Shown: one piece after another, positions 47,085 to 59,546 of the stretch
Layout: each line of letters starts with the position of its first letter
How positions within the stretch are numbered: the stretch's first letter is position 1
The notes under the pieces: generated by a model
What the model was told of the DNA's origin: nothing
The model's input: only the letters and a program-made list of their open reading frames with translations
The model's database searches: none
Position numbers and translations under genes: made by a program
NCBI GenBank assembly: GCA_002269645.1
Contig: NIVC01000985.1
Span: 62,001-126,000, forward strand
Source: Macrostomum lignano
Lineage: Eukaryota
Reading direction: 5' to 3'
DNA: 64,000 nt

Positions 47085-47949
47085 CCGTGCGGTCCGGCAG
47101 CACTGCATTTTTAGCAGCATTTTCGTGACAAGATCGATGAAATGCTACCGCATAATCTAAATTTACATCTGCTAAATTACTAACTACTTTTTGCTTTCCA
47201 AATATTCTTCTTTTTGTCGATTTGTATACAAACCCCAACCAATAGTCTTCGTTACTAACTATTTCTCAATATCTTAGTCCCTCTCGACTCCGATCGACAC
47301 CCCCCTCATTCCCTCTCACTCAGATAGACACCCACCTCACTCCCTACCCGGAACACCCACCTCACTCCCAAGCCCCAGTGGACACCCACCTCACTTTCTA
47401 GCCCCGTTAGAAACCCACCTCACTCTCACCAAATACCAATGTTATAATCCTAACTCATCCTAACTCAATCCTAACTCAATCCTAACTCAATCTTAACTCT
47501 GTATCCTGCAGTATCTTTTGCTTTTTTCTCAACGGGAGCACTAGACAGCAGGTTGGAGAATGCAGCACATTTAAAAGTGTGAAGCAGGGAAGCGACGCTG
47601 GTCCGATGCTGAATTGTACAATTTTTATTCATGCTGTATGAAGTAGTCGACCTTGATAATCGAAAAAGTGTTATCTTATTTTCCCGAAAAAACTTCATCC
47701 TGAAAGATGAACAAAAATATGGCTTCAGCGTTGCACCCAGCTCTTTAATCGCTTGTCTTCTGGTATGGTCAATAAAATTCAGTTGAAAGCAGTGGAGCAG
47801 TGGAATATTCACAGAATGGATTACGAGAGCAAAGTTAAAAGGGTAAAAATTCATTAGAAGCTCACAAGGCACAATTTTGGCTCAAATGCATTAATAGTGA
47901 GATAGAAGTTAACAGCCGTTCTTATTTGTTCTGGTGCTTGACTCGGTGA

Positions 47950-48480
47950 TGTGGAGTGCTCTTCCTTGCCATGACGACGGTTTTCTGCCATGGTGACGCG
48001 TGGGTCAACGCCAACTGGAGAGGCGGCTCAGCGTGCTTGGCTACGCTGACGATTTCACCCTGCTGGAGACGGAACTTCCACGATATCAGCAATTCGCCTA
48101 CCTCAGAGGTCTGGTTTACGACGTCCGCGAGGATCTGTGGCGCCGCCTGGACTGCCTTTTTGCGGTTTTGTTCCAGGAGGTGGTAGAGACCGTCTTGCTG
48201 GACAACGCTAAGATCTGGACGCTGCGGGCTCTCGAATGCTTGAACAGGAAGTTGACGCGGTGCACGTTGACCTGCTGCGCGCCGCCTTTAAGATCGGCGA
48301 CTAGCGAGTTTTCAAGATCGGTCTGGTCCGTCCAAGTGACCTGTTGCGCCATAGGAGACTACAGCTGGCAAGCCAGATCATCCGCACGGAGTTTTACTGC
48401 CCGAAACCGGTGCAGGAGGTGCTGCTGCCGACGCTGCAAGCATTCTAACGGCATTTGGCCTTGTGACGCAGATGTTGTTT
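47950..48480 (+). pseudogene. Decayed non-LTR retrotransposon fragment (RT YADD motif and downstream region)
   Basis: LSVLGYADDFTLL, then frameshifted IWTL...LLRAAF...LLRHRRLQLASQIIR remnants typical of LINE RT/thumb regions. Confidence 0.7.
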
Positions 48481-48992
48481 ATGAGCTAACCTGCCATCTG
48501 ACATCTAATCTGATATTGTTGTGTTGAAGGCCTTGAAGACCAGGTGTCAGAGGTGTAGAAAGTTGAAATTGATTTTTTAAGTCCTATATCTTGCAGGTCT
48601 TCAGAAGGCAAATAACAAGGCAAGCTGTTATTTTTGTACAAATAGCAAACTGATGCGTCAATCATGCGTATCAGTACTATATATAATTTTAATAATCCAG
48701 ATTTACCAAATTGTTGTCAAAGCCAAAGCTCTCTCTAACAGATTGAACAATTCAACAAAGAAAGAAATGCCGAATAAGTCTTATTCTTGCACTAAAAATC
48801 TCATTGAGTGAGCAAACGTTGGCGGTAAAAGAACATTGGAAAATGATTTAAAATGCTGCAGCTTATATGATGTCGAAGAGGCACAATCGCACAAACCATA
48901 GCAAAGCAGTTGAAACTTTTTGAAGCATAAAATAACAACCATTTCTCACCGAAATACGGATTGACTATCTATCAGGGCAGCTTTTATATCAC

Positions 48993-49262
48993 ATCCACAC
49001 CCGGGTCCACTTTCAGATCCACACCCGGGTCCACTTTCAGATCCACACCCGGGTCCACTTTCAGATCCACATCTGGGTTCACTTTCAGATTCACATCCGA
49101 GTCGACTTTCAGATCCACATCCGGGTCCACTTTCAGATCCGCATCCGGGTCCACTTTCAGATCCGCATCCGGGTCAGACTATAGATCCACAACCGGGTCC
49201 ACTTTCAGATCTGCATCCGGGTCCGCTTTCAGATCTGCATCCGGGTCCGCTTTCAGATCCGC
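48993..49262. repeat. 24-bp tandem repeat spanning the PUS10 stop codon and 3' UTR
   Basis: Unit atccacacccgggtccactttcag; encodes (DLKADPDA)n before the TAG at 49179. Confidence 0.9.
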
Positions 49263-52200
49263 TTTCGATTCCGCAGCCGCGTCGCCGCCAACGTGTGGCC
49301 AGTCGAGCTCCACGTCAACAACGTCCAGCAGCAGGAGGTCGCATTGCCGCCCCTCGCCCAGCAGTTCGCCAAGCGACGGTCGGGTCCGTCCGAGGTCACC
49401 GTGGACGAATTCCTTGACGTAGGCGCCGGCTTCAGTGCGAAGGCGCAGGCGGAACAGCCGGCCGGCATCAGCAGCGTCGGGCGGCAGCGGCTCCAGATTG
49501 AGGCTGAGGATGCGCCGCTTGCGGACAGCGACGGTGCGGCGGTGCAGCACGCGGACCGGGGTGGACTGCTCCAGCACCAGGCCTGAGGCGGCTAAACCAG
49601 AGAGCTTGCCGGCGTCCTCAGCGGTGATTGGCGGCCCGCCAGTGCAGCGGCACAGTGCAGAGTAGCATTTCACTTTTTCGCTTTCGCCGGCTCGCAACGC
49701 CTCACAATGGGCCCGGTTCACCTGGCACAAGTGCGACACCTGCGAGTTCGAATAATATCAGGGCTTATTAAATAAAACGAACATTCCAAAGAGGACTGTG
49801 GACATCTGGTGCAACGCCTGCGGCGACATCATCCCACAACCAGCGCTGACGGCAATTCTGCCCATTTCGCTGACTCCTGAGAACACACAAGCGCGCCAAT
49901 ACTGTACGAAGGCACGCACTCATGCACACACTCACACAGAGGCCCTTGACTTTGCCGTAGAGTCCTGTCAGGCATGCACACTCTCTGTGCCTGGGGGGTT
50001 GGTCCTCATGGTTGTGAATCGCACATCAACCTCCTGGCCAATTTCGTCCACAAGCCCCAAATGAAAGCGGCCGGCCCAACACGGAATCGAACCACAGCCG
50101 GGTCGTGGCATGAGAGTCAGACGCTGAACTACTGTGCCCTGATAAGCGCTCGTTCATAGCAATCAAATAGACAATTCTGACTAACAGAAATATGCTAGTA
50201 AACAAGCACACAATCACGGCAGATTAAAAAATAGAATGATGAACAAGGTTTACGCTTAGGTCTACTTTCTGAACATCAAGATAAGAACTTTTCGAATGTT
50301 ACAACAAATCATGCGGCAGGTCGATAAAATGCTCAATATTTTGTTATAATCCGCCTGTTTCATAGCTCCGTTGAGGTTCTCCGAAAATGTATATTAAAAA
50401 AGTAGTTATAACACAAGTCAAGTCTTCCGCATGTATTGTTTAGAAATCAAGCACATCCTGATTCTCAGTCTATTTTATACGAATAGAGAAAGCTATATCC
50501 TAATATTAAGATTTGATCGGGCTCCAGCGCTTAAAGACGTCTCTATTTTCATGTCACAAACGATGAATATCATATTTATCCGGAAGACTCTTTCCTCTAA
50601 AAGAAGAAACTCGAACCTGTCCATTTTTCTTATCGACTCGCGCAAAAGTAATCAAGCGATAGAAGTGAAATATTTACGAATCGAGCCCGGGACCAATTCT
50701 CACCTGGACCCGATCATCGGCCGCGTTGATCTCCGCCTGCACTGCCGCAGTCTCGGCCGCAGTCAGTCGGGCAACTCTCGGGTTGAGTAGCCTAAGCAGG
50801 AACGGCCGGCCTCGGCCAAGCATTCGCACGTCGACATCTTCGCGGCCGGCCGAAGCGAAGCTGGCCGAGTCGGCTTTAGCAAGCCGGACAATGGCCGGAC
50901 TGATCAACTCTTCGACGCTGGTGTCCATGCGTCGTTCGCCGTCCAGGATCCAGGGTGTCTGCGGCAGCCGGCGGCAGAGTTTGCGGTAGCGGCCGCCGAC
51001 AAACATGAGCTCCTTGCTCACCTGGAGTGGCGGAGGGATCAGGCTACTACTAACCAACTGAGTAGTTACTGGCGTACGGTAACTTTTCAAAATATTATGA
51101 TAAACTTGGGACAACTAAAACCACAGTAATAGCATAGCTTTTGTCTTAATAGGAGCTCGTAAGTTAGAAAACGGACCAGCCATCAATGTTAAAAGCCTAC
51201 AGAACAAAGACAGGTTGCAGAATTATTGTCATACAATATTTCTAGGTATTTTAGAGGCAACCCGCTCAACCAAATAACTACTAGAAGCCCTACCTCGGCT
51301 ACAATGAGTTTCACTGGGCCGCTGGCGGGAGCCGGTGGACAGGGCAGAGCGGCTTTGAAAGCTTCAGCACTGACCGAGGCCAGCGCACTCGCCGCCCCGT
51401 GTCTGGTGCTGCCGCCGCCGCCGCCGCCGCTCGACAGACGGCGCAGACAGTCGTCACTTTCTGACGCATCGTCAGCGTAACGAAATTCCAACGCCAATTG
51501 TAGAGGAATTGTTTCCACGTCGCCACGCGCTGCAATTGCAGATTAGCGGTTGAAGTTTGTGTTATCAATATTGAGATTTAAGAGTAATACGCCCCCTAAC
51601 CCACTGCAAGGCGACCTCATGGTTGGTACATTTCTTCTCATCCTTTATTTTTTACTCAAGCTCAGAACTGAACTGGACTGCCTATTCAGCTGTTTGCCAA
51701 CTGCTTAGTTAGTTAGTTGATTAGTTAGTTAGTTAGTTGATTAGTTAGTTAGTTAGTTGATTAGTTAGTTAGTTAGTTGATTAGTTAGTTAGTTAGTTGA
51801 TTAGTTAGTTAGTTGATTATTTAGTTAGTTAGTTGATTAGTTAGTTAGTTAGTTAGCAAGCAGATATGCCCATTCCATATTCCATATGCCCATTTCATAT
51901 GCCCATACGCACTCTGTTGACTTCCATCAGACAGAAGCCTCCGCTCGATAGCCTGCCTGGCCAGCGCCTTCCACAGGTCCTTCGCCGATATGGGCGCCTC
52001 CTTAATTTTCTCCACCGACTGTTGCTCAGCCTTAGCCAGTTGCCAGGCGTGATCGCGGATCAGGCAGACAATTGGCGAGCTGACTAATAGGCGGCAGGCG
52101 GTGAAGCTGTGCCCGCTGGCAGCCACCGCGTTTGCGATTAGATCGCAGACGTCGCTATCCAGACGGTCGAGCGTGGCTAGGATGCCTAGACATGCGCTGC

Positions 52201-52315
52201 AGACTTCGGTGCTGGTGCATGCAGGAGAATCGCCGTTGAGTTTCACTCGTTTCGCCTCTTGACTGTCTCCGCCTAGCTGAGAATCTTTGCTGCTGGCCGC
52301 GGCAATGTCTGACAT
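49179..52315 (-). CDS. PUS10: tRNA pseudouridine synthase Pus10, 4 coding exons
   Basis: Exons 52315-51913, 51529-51294, 51021-50704 and 49739-49179. Motifs FVGGRYRKLCRRLPQTPW, FASAGREDVDVRMLGRGRPF (catalytic Asp), QSTPVRVLHRR and TEAGAYVKEFVHGDLGRTRPSL. Confidence 0.95.
49820..50160 (-). mobile_element. tRNA-derived SINE, family A, in a PUS10 intron
   Basis: B-box GGTTCGATTCC (complement near 50090) plus the family core. Confidence 0.8.
51705..51855. repeat. (TTAG)n microsatellite in PUS10 intron 1
   Basis: Visible. Confidence 0.95.
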
Positions 52316-52489
52316 CAGCTGGGTGAAATCTGACTGACAGATGCGCAGCTGGCAGCGCCAGCAGAGATATGGAGCCTGCCGTGACTGCAGCTCAGCTGCT
52401 TTGCCCTCTGCAGCAATATTATTAGAGGCCTGAAAGTCGTTAGGGCGAGTTTTGGTGAGGGGGACAGATTAGACTAGAAATGCGAAATG

Positions 52490-52790
52490 AGACATGTTTC
52501 TTAAAAAAGCAGGTTTCCTAGAAATAAGACACGTTTCTTAGAAATAAGGCCCCGTTTCCTAAAATGAGACACGTTTCTTAGAAAAAGGCCCCGTTTCCTA
52601 AAATGAGACACGTTTCTTAGAAAAAGGCCCCGTTTCCTAAAATGAGACACGTTTCTTAGAAAAAGGCCCCGTTTCCTAAAATGAGACACGTTTCTTACAA
52701 ATAAGGCCCGGTTTCCTACAACAGACAAGTTTCTTAGAAAAAGGGCCCGTTTCTTAGAAATATGGCTCGGTTTCCTACAAATGAGAGGTT
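52490..52790. repeat. 42-bp tandem repeat upstream of PUS10
   Basis: Unit gagacacgtttcttagaaaaaggccccgtttcctaaaat..., about 7 copies. Confidence 0.9.
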
Positions 52791-53432
52791 TTTAATTTCA
52801 CAGAAATAAGATGCCAATTTTTTTGAATCGGTCGCCCAAATTTCAACAAAAACACTTCACTTTAATTTCCCAGAAATGCGATGACTATTTTATATAAAAT
52901 GAAAGCCATTTATACCACAACAAATCAATGAAATAAGTTCAATATTTATCATAGTTATTTATTGTTAGACTGTTACATACAGGTATATTTCCAACCGGCG
53001 GAATCTACATGTAAAAAACCAGTACTTTTTGATATTTTATAGTAGATACACAGGAATCCTACTGTGATCAATATTCTTTTAACAGTAACATCGTAGATGA
53101 TTGGCGAAAATTGGCTTTAGAAGCAGCGTTGGCTGGAAGTTTAAAAATAATCAGTGAATTTCTGTTACTTAGACAGGATCAAGTGCAGTCTTTATACAGT
53201 TTACTAAGGTTGCTACGACGGATAAGTTTACGAGCATTGATTAATAATATGGCAAATGTTGGGTAACAGTATTAGAAATGCATATTTAAGCAACTGAGTG
53301 ATAATCAATGAATTATTTATCCTGAAAGTTACGTAAACAGAACCATGCAATCTTTGTTAAAATTATTTTGGCAGTCTGCTACAGATCACTCCATTAACTT
53401 AGGATTATATAACTACGAGTAATAAAAAAAGG

Positions 53433-53520
53433 AGTCAGTCAGTCAGTCAGTCAGTCAGTCAGTCAGTCAGTCAGTCAGTCAGTCAGTCAGTCAGTCAGTC
53501 AGTCAGTCAGTCAGTCAGTC
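53433..53520. repeat. (AGTC)n microsatellite just after the BABAM1 stop
   Basis: About 22 perfect units. Confidence 0.95.
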
Positions 53521-53548
53521 AATATTTTCTATCAGCCTTCATATAGCT

Positions 53549-56165
53549 CTAGTCAGTATTGTCAGGTTGCTGGCTGAGGGTAGCGGTTGGCAGCAAGCCA
53601 GCTACAGGCTCCTGTGGCGGCGTCGGCGGCGGTCTCTGCAGCCGATAGTTGGCGTCAGACTGAGGCGGCCGCTGCAGCGGGTGAGCCAGAAAGGTGGCAG
53701 CCTGATTAAAAAACGCCGTGGGATTATTCAACACCTCGTGTATGTAGGAGCGGCTGTGCTCGCTCTCCAGACAGCAGAGTCGCTTGAAAATCTCCTCGGC
53801 CCGATTGTCCTCAGCCGGCGGCTCGTGCACGTACAGAATGTCGAAGAACAGGTCGGGCTCTGCTAGCAGAGGCTCCAATAGTCGCTTGCTAATGTGAGGC
53901 GGCGACTTTGATCGGCAGCAGAGTAGCACAATTCGCAGCAAACTCGGCTGAGAACCCGAGGACGACGGCGACGAGTTATCGACGAGCAGTCGGTTCGGGC
54001 ACAACTGGCCGCGGGCGTACTCGAGCAGGCAGTCAAGACTGAAGTCTGCCTCGTCTCCGGCCGGCTGTTGAAGCAGGTCGCGAAGCCCTTGCGAGGCTGC
54101 GGCTCTGGCGAAGGATGAGTTGCAGCGATTGTAAGGCGACTGTATTGGAAGATTACAAGTCACTAAGGAAAGATTCTTAGCCAGTAATGTTGGAAGTTTC
54201 TTAGAAAGTACGAGGGATTATTCTACATGTAAGGCAGTTGTGAGCAGTTTCTGAGGCAGCAATGGGGAAATTCCAAAGCAACAATGGGGAGAGTCTAAAG
54301 CGGCAATGGGGAGAGTCTAAAGAGGCAATGGGGAGAGTCTAAAGCGGCAATGGGGAGAGTCTAAAGCGGCAATGGGGAGAGTCTAAAGCGGCAATGGGGA
54401 GAGTCTAAAGAGGCAATGGGGAGAGCCTAAAACGGCAATGTGGAGAGTCTAAAGCGGCAATGGGGAGAGTCTAAAGCGGCAATGGGGAGAGTCTAAAGCG
54501 GCAATGTGGAGAGTCTAAAGCGGCAATGTGGAGAGTCCAATGGGGAGAGTCTAAAGCGGCAATGGGGAGAGTCTAAAGAGGCAATGGGGAGAGTCTAAAG
54601 CGGCAATGGGAAGAGTCTAAAGCGGCAATGGGGAGAGTCTAAAGCGGCAATGGGGAGAGTCTAAAGAGGCAATGGGGAGAGTCTAAAGCGGCAATGGGGA
54701 GAGTCTAAAGCGGCAATGTGGAGAGTCTAAAGCGGCAATGGGGAGAGTCTAAAGAGGCAATGGGGGGAGTCTAAAGAGGCAATGGGGGGAGTCTAAAGCG
54801 GCAATGGGGAGAGTCTAAAGCGGCAATGGGGGGAGTCTAAAGCGGCAATGGGGAGAGTCTAAAGCGGCAATGGGGAGAGTCTAAAGCGGCAATGGGGAGA
54901 GTCTAAAGCGGCAATGGGGAGAGTCTAAAGCGGCAATGGGGAGAGTCTAAAGAGGCAATGGGGGAGTCTAAAGCGGCAATGGGAGAGTCTAAAGCGGCAA
55001 TGGGGGAGTCTAAAGCGGCAATGGGGAGAGTCTAAAGCGGCAATGGGGAGAGTCTAAAGCGGCAATGGGGAGAGTCTAAAGCGGCAATGGGGAGAGTCTA
55101 AAGAGGCAATGGGGAGAGTCTAAAGCGGCAATGGGGAGAGTCTAAAGCGACAATGGGGAGAGTCTTAAGAGGCAATGGGGAGAGTCTAAAGCGGCAATGG
55201 GGAGAGTCTAAAGAGGCAATGGGGAGAGCCTAAAACGGCAATGTGGAGAGTCTAAAGCGGCAATGGGGAGAGTCTAAAGCGGCAATGGGGAGAGTCTAAA
55301 GCGGCAATGTGGAGAGTCTAAAGCGGCAATGTGGAGAGTCCAATGGGGAGAGTCTAAAGCGGCAATGGGGAGAGTCTAAAGAGGCAATGGGGAGAGTCTA
55401 AAGCGGCAATGTGGAGAGTCCAATGGGGAGAGTCTAAAGCGGCAATGGGGAGAGTCTAAAGCGGCAATGGGGAGAGTCTAAAGCGGCAATGGGGAGAGTC
55501 TAAAGCGGCAATGGGGAGAGTCTAAAGCGGCAATGGGGAGAGTCTAAAGAGGCAATGGGGAGAGTCTAAAGCGGCAATGTGGAGAGTCCAATGGGGAGAG
55601 CCTAAAGCGGCAATGGGAAGAGTCTAAAGAGGCAATGGGGAGAGTCTAAAGCGGCAATGGGAAGAGTCTAAAGCGGCAATGGGGAGAGTCGAAAGCGGCA
55701 AGATCATTTTTCGCACTTGGCCAGCTTGGCGGCATCATCAGTGAACGGCTCCAGCACGGAGATCCGATTGCCCCGCATGCCAACCAGTGACACCTGGTGC
55801 TTGCCGCCCAGCCGCAGTTTATTCTGCGCCAACAGGTGGAAACATTTCAAGGTCAAATCTAGCAGCGACACGGTCTCGCCGTTGCGCATCCGAAATGTTT
55901 TGACGGCAAATTCGGGCGAGGTGTCGACGCACAAGGCAAGGCGTTCGGGCCGGTTGGATTTGCTGGCCAGTCCGAGCTGCCGATTTCTCGAATCGAATGT
56001 CGGCTTGGAGTCCAGCAGCGATTGATAGTCGACTGGCGTGTTCGACCTGGGTGGCGGATGCTGCTGTTGCTGTTGCGGCTTCTCGTTGTCTTGGTTACTA
56101 GCAGTAGCTGGCGGAGCCGAAGGCTCAACCGGCTGCTGCTGCTGATCAGGTTTAGGCTCGGACAT
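53549..56165 (-). CDS. BABAM1: BRISC/BRCA1-A complex member 1 (MERIT40/NBA1, vWA-like), 2 coding exons
   Basis: Exons 56165-55717 and 54104-53549 (phase 2). Motifs PERLALCVD, FSLDCLL, LRIVLLCCRS, PDLFFDILYVHE and ATFLAHPLQRPPQSDANY match MERIT40. Confidence 0.88.
54280..55700. repeat. 21-bp minisatellite (gcggcaatggggagagtctaaa) filling the BABAM1 intron
   Basis: About 65 copies. Confidence 0.97.
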
Positions 56166-56329
56166 GCCGCTGCTGCTGCTGCGGCTTTCAAGGGCTGAAT
56201 CGAATTTTGAGCACTGTAGTTGAGTAGCTACCAGTTTCACTGCCAATAGTGGTTTCCTATTGAGCTAACTATTCACAGTTTAAGTATAAGTATATTTTAG
56301 TGGAGTGTCGGTTTAAAATAAGTCAATTA

Positions 56330-56942
56330 GGGCTGGATTTAGGTCAGAGATAGACAGGATTAAGCAGATTTAGGATCAGGTCAGATATCAATTACATGTA
56401 GGGTTGGATTTAGGTCAGAGATAGACATGATTAAGCAGATTTAGGATCAGATCAGATCAGATCAATTAGGGTTGGATTTAGGTTAAAGTTAGACAGGATT
56501 AAGCAGATTTAGGATCAGCTCACATCAGATCAATTACATGTAGGGTTGGATTTAGGTCAAAGATAGACAGGATTAAGCAGATTTAGGATCAGCTCACATC
56601 AGATCAATTAGGGTTGGATTTAGGTCAAAGATAGACAGGATTAAGCAGATTTAGGATCAGCTCACATCAGATCAATTAGGGTTGGATTTAGGTCAAAGAT
56701 AGACAGGATTAAGCAGATTTAGGATCAGCTCACATCAGATCAATTACATGTAGGGTTGGATTTAGGTCAAAGATAGACAGGATTAAGCAGATTTAGGATC
56801 AGCTCACATCAGATCAATTACATGTAGGGTTGGATTTAGGTCAAAGATAGACAGGATTAAGCAGATTTAGGATCAGCTCACATCAGATCAATTACATGTA
56901 GGGTTGGATTTAGGTCAAAGATAGACAGGATTAAGCAGATTT
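56330..56942. repeat. ~57-65-bp tandem repeat upstream of BABAM1
   Basis: Unit tagggttggatttaggtcaaagatagacaggattaagcagatttaggatcagctcacatcagatcaat..., about 10 copies. Confidence 0.93.
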
Positions 56943-57919
56943 TGCGGGCTTGCTATGACGTGATTCTTGGCCACACGAGGTCAACCACTAAGGCACAGAG
57001 TGTGTACATACAAATGTACATTCCGTTAGAGCTACTCCAACTTAATTCATCCCCACCTCAACGATAAGCCAATAATTCTCTTCTAAACAATCTAAGATAG
57101 GTACAAGAGACGAAAAAGTCCAAACTATACGAATTAGAATCCAAAAAAATGAAAAATCAAAGCCTTGGCAACGCAAGTTTTTCTAAGCAAAAAACAGGAA
57201 CTGTTTGCGATCTGCGTGCAGTATCTAGAAAAGGTTGACTTTGAGCAAAAAGTTATAATAATAATCCGTCTAAATTTCAAACACAAACAAAAAAATAAAA
57301 GCAAAAACACACGCTAGTGATAATAAGTGTGACCAGGGAGGTTATCAGGTGTGCACAAAAATAACATAAAATACAAGAGAAATGTTACGATAGCCAGTGC
57401 AAAAATGCTATTATTCATTTCAAGGTGTTAATCTGCTCTAAGCATTGCCTGTAATTTGAAATTTCAAAATAAATAAAATCAGAACAGATTAGACTAGTAA
57501 AACGAATATATTGCAATAAAATAGCTAAACAACAGCATTCGACTCTGTGCAAGTGAGAATCAATTGATACTAATGAGATTTTATTCTAATTGACATTACA
57601 GATATTTAGTTAAAACCATTAGGATTCTCAATCAAAGGCTTGTTTCAATTATCAAACCCAAGGGCTTAGGACTCGCGGTGCTGTGACTTGCTGTCCATAG
57701 CGGCTCTACAGTTTCACCCCTAGATTTTCATTTAGACAGGACTATCACAAGCAGTGAGGACGAAAGCAATGCTTCATTTGCCACTGCTGCAGAGGAGCCA
57801 GATCTGTCCCATAATCGTGGACCATGTGCTAGCTCGTAGACTGTCGAACGAACCCCACGAAGGAACATTCTGACGTCACCATGTGTTGGTACAGTGAAAT
57901 TTCCTCCAATAAATTTTAT

Positions 57920-58160
57920 TAATTAATATTTTATTTGATTACACCTGCCCTAATTGGGCCAGATGTGCAGCCGACAGCTCAGCCGCAGCTATTGCGCGGC
58001 GTATCTGAAGGCTGCGTACGGCTTTACAGCTGGGTGAACTGAAGCAATGCAGAGTTAAGTGTCTTGCTCAAGGATACAAATTGTTCCAGTGGGATCGGGA
58101 ATCGAACCCCCGACCTTTCAAGTCGTGAGTCCGACGCTCTGACCACTAGACTACAATCCT
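57920..58160 (-). mobile_element. tRNA-derived SINE, family B (internally deleted)
   Basis: Matches 27200-27508 but lacks the ~60-bp middle segment. Confidence 0.82.
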
Positions 58161-58499
58161 AGCTATGAAATTGGGTTTCATAGTCGCTATGGACCAAATT
58201 AAATGCAGCTGTGCCAGCCTTGCTACCATAGACAAAAGCTCCGTTACTTGGCAAACGAATCTTGAATTAAATTCAACGCGTGTAGGTCTAAATGGGCTGC
58301 AAAAAGCTATATTAAACACACTTAGTTATAGTTGTATCTGAAATTTCAGCTGGCTTGAGCATTCCTGTAAAAATGGTAGCCACAGTCTGGAAAAATCTCT
58401 CGTAATATCTTCAATTATATAATTACTACTCCGATGTAGCTAAAAAGTTAATATTTAGCCTGACAGATCTTTTGAGAACTTCCAAAAACAATGAGTTCG

Positions 58500-59530
58500 T
58501 CACTTTCGCCGCTTGACCAGCTTCAGCAGGCTGACCAGCTCCCTGCGGTCTCGCTCAACCATCTGCTGAGTTTCCGGCCAATCCCTGAGCAGCTGCTCCC
58601 TGAGCTGGCCAGCCTGAGCAGATTGGCCAAATCTGTGCAGCTGGCGTAGAAAATTCGGATTCGGATCGGCCAATATTCGGCGAGTTTTAACTGCCGCGAT
58701 GACGTCATCGACTGACAGGCCGGTCAGGGCGATCAGGTAGGCGCAGACAATGGTCACCGATCGGGAGATGCCCATCAGACAGTGTACCAGTACCTGGCAG
58801 GTGATCCATGCAAATTAATTAAGCCTATTTAAAAGCCTAAGGTTACCGCGAGTTCGAATCTCAAATTCAGGCAAAAAATGATATCCGTTTCCCACAATTA
58901 TTGCCTATAGAGAGCTAGACAGATAGCCATAAGAATGAATAAGCTAAACTTTAAATCTTCTAGTATGCCCCAACGCATGTACCAAACAGGTTAATGCTGA
59001 TTCAATCACACAGGGTGTACAGCGCCCCCAGGCTTTCTAATCGTCAAACATGTACACTCGCTGCGCCCTGGGGGTTGGCCCCTACGGGCGTGAATCGTAC
59101 GGCAACCGCCCCCCCCCCTAGCCAATTTCAGGTCACAAGCCCCAAATAAGTGGCTGAACACGGAATCGAACCAGGGGTCGTGGCGCGAGTCAGACGCTGT
59201 ATATGACTCGGATTGATTTTCAAATATTCTAAATAAGCGGGCACAACACACCTGACCATTGGCAGCCCGGGCCTCGTGTATAAACTGGGCCGCCTTGGTG
59301 AAGTGCTGCGTTAAATCCTGCCTAAGACTGTCCTCGGCGTCCAATCGCAGGGTCCGGATTGGAAACTCGAAGGGTCGGGAATAGGAGGCGTAGTTGAATT
59401 CCGGTTCGACCACGCCTAACAGGTGCGAGATGCGGGCCGATGTCAGTAGGCTGTGATTGGCCACCGCCTCTACGCCGCTTAGCCAGAGGCCTTCCACAAT
59501 GTGACTGAGCCTGTCACTGGATAGCGCCAT
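58500..59530 (-). CDS. Small atypical dual-specificity phosphatase (DUSP22/15-like), 2 coding exons
   Basis: Exons 59530-59252 and 58793-58500. Motifs SHIVEGLWLSG, ISHLLGV, D...QDLTQHF...FIHEAR, active site VHCLMGISRS (CX5R) and PNPNFLRQL. Confidence 0.92.
59015..59200 (-). mobile_element. tRNA-derived SINE, family A (3'-truncated), in the DUSP intron
   Basis: gactcgcgccacgacccctggttcgattccg head plus the core. Confidence 0.8.
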
Positions 59531-59546
59531 GCCGCCGCTGCGGGAA

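Noticed and set aside
57740-57900. gaggacgaaagc and aaccccacgaagga motifs (hammerhead- or U3-like)
   Set aside because: Isolated short matches without the remaining core boxes or stems.
59006-59251. DUSP ORF continuing to 174 aa
   Set aside because: Read-through into the intron and SINE; the real exon ends at the 59252 donor, and the catalytic HCX5R motif is in the next exon.
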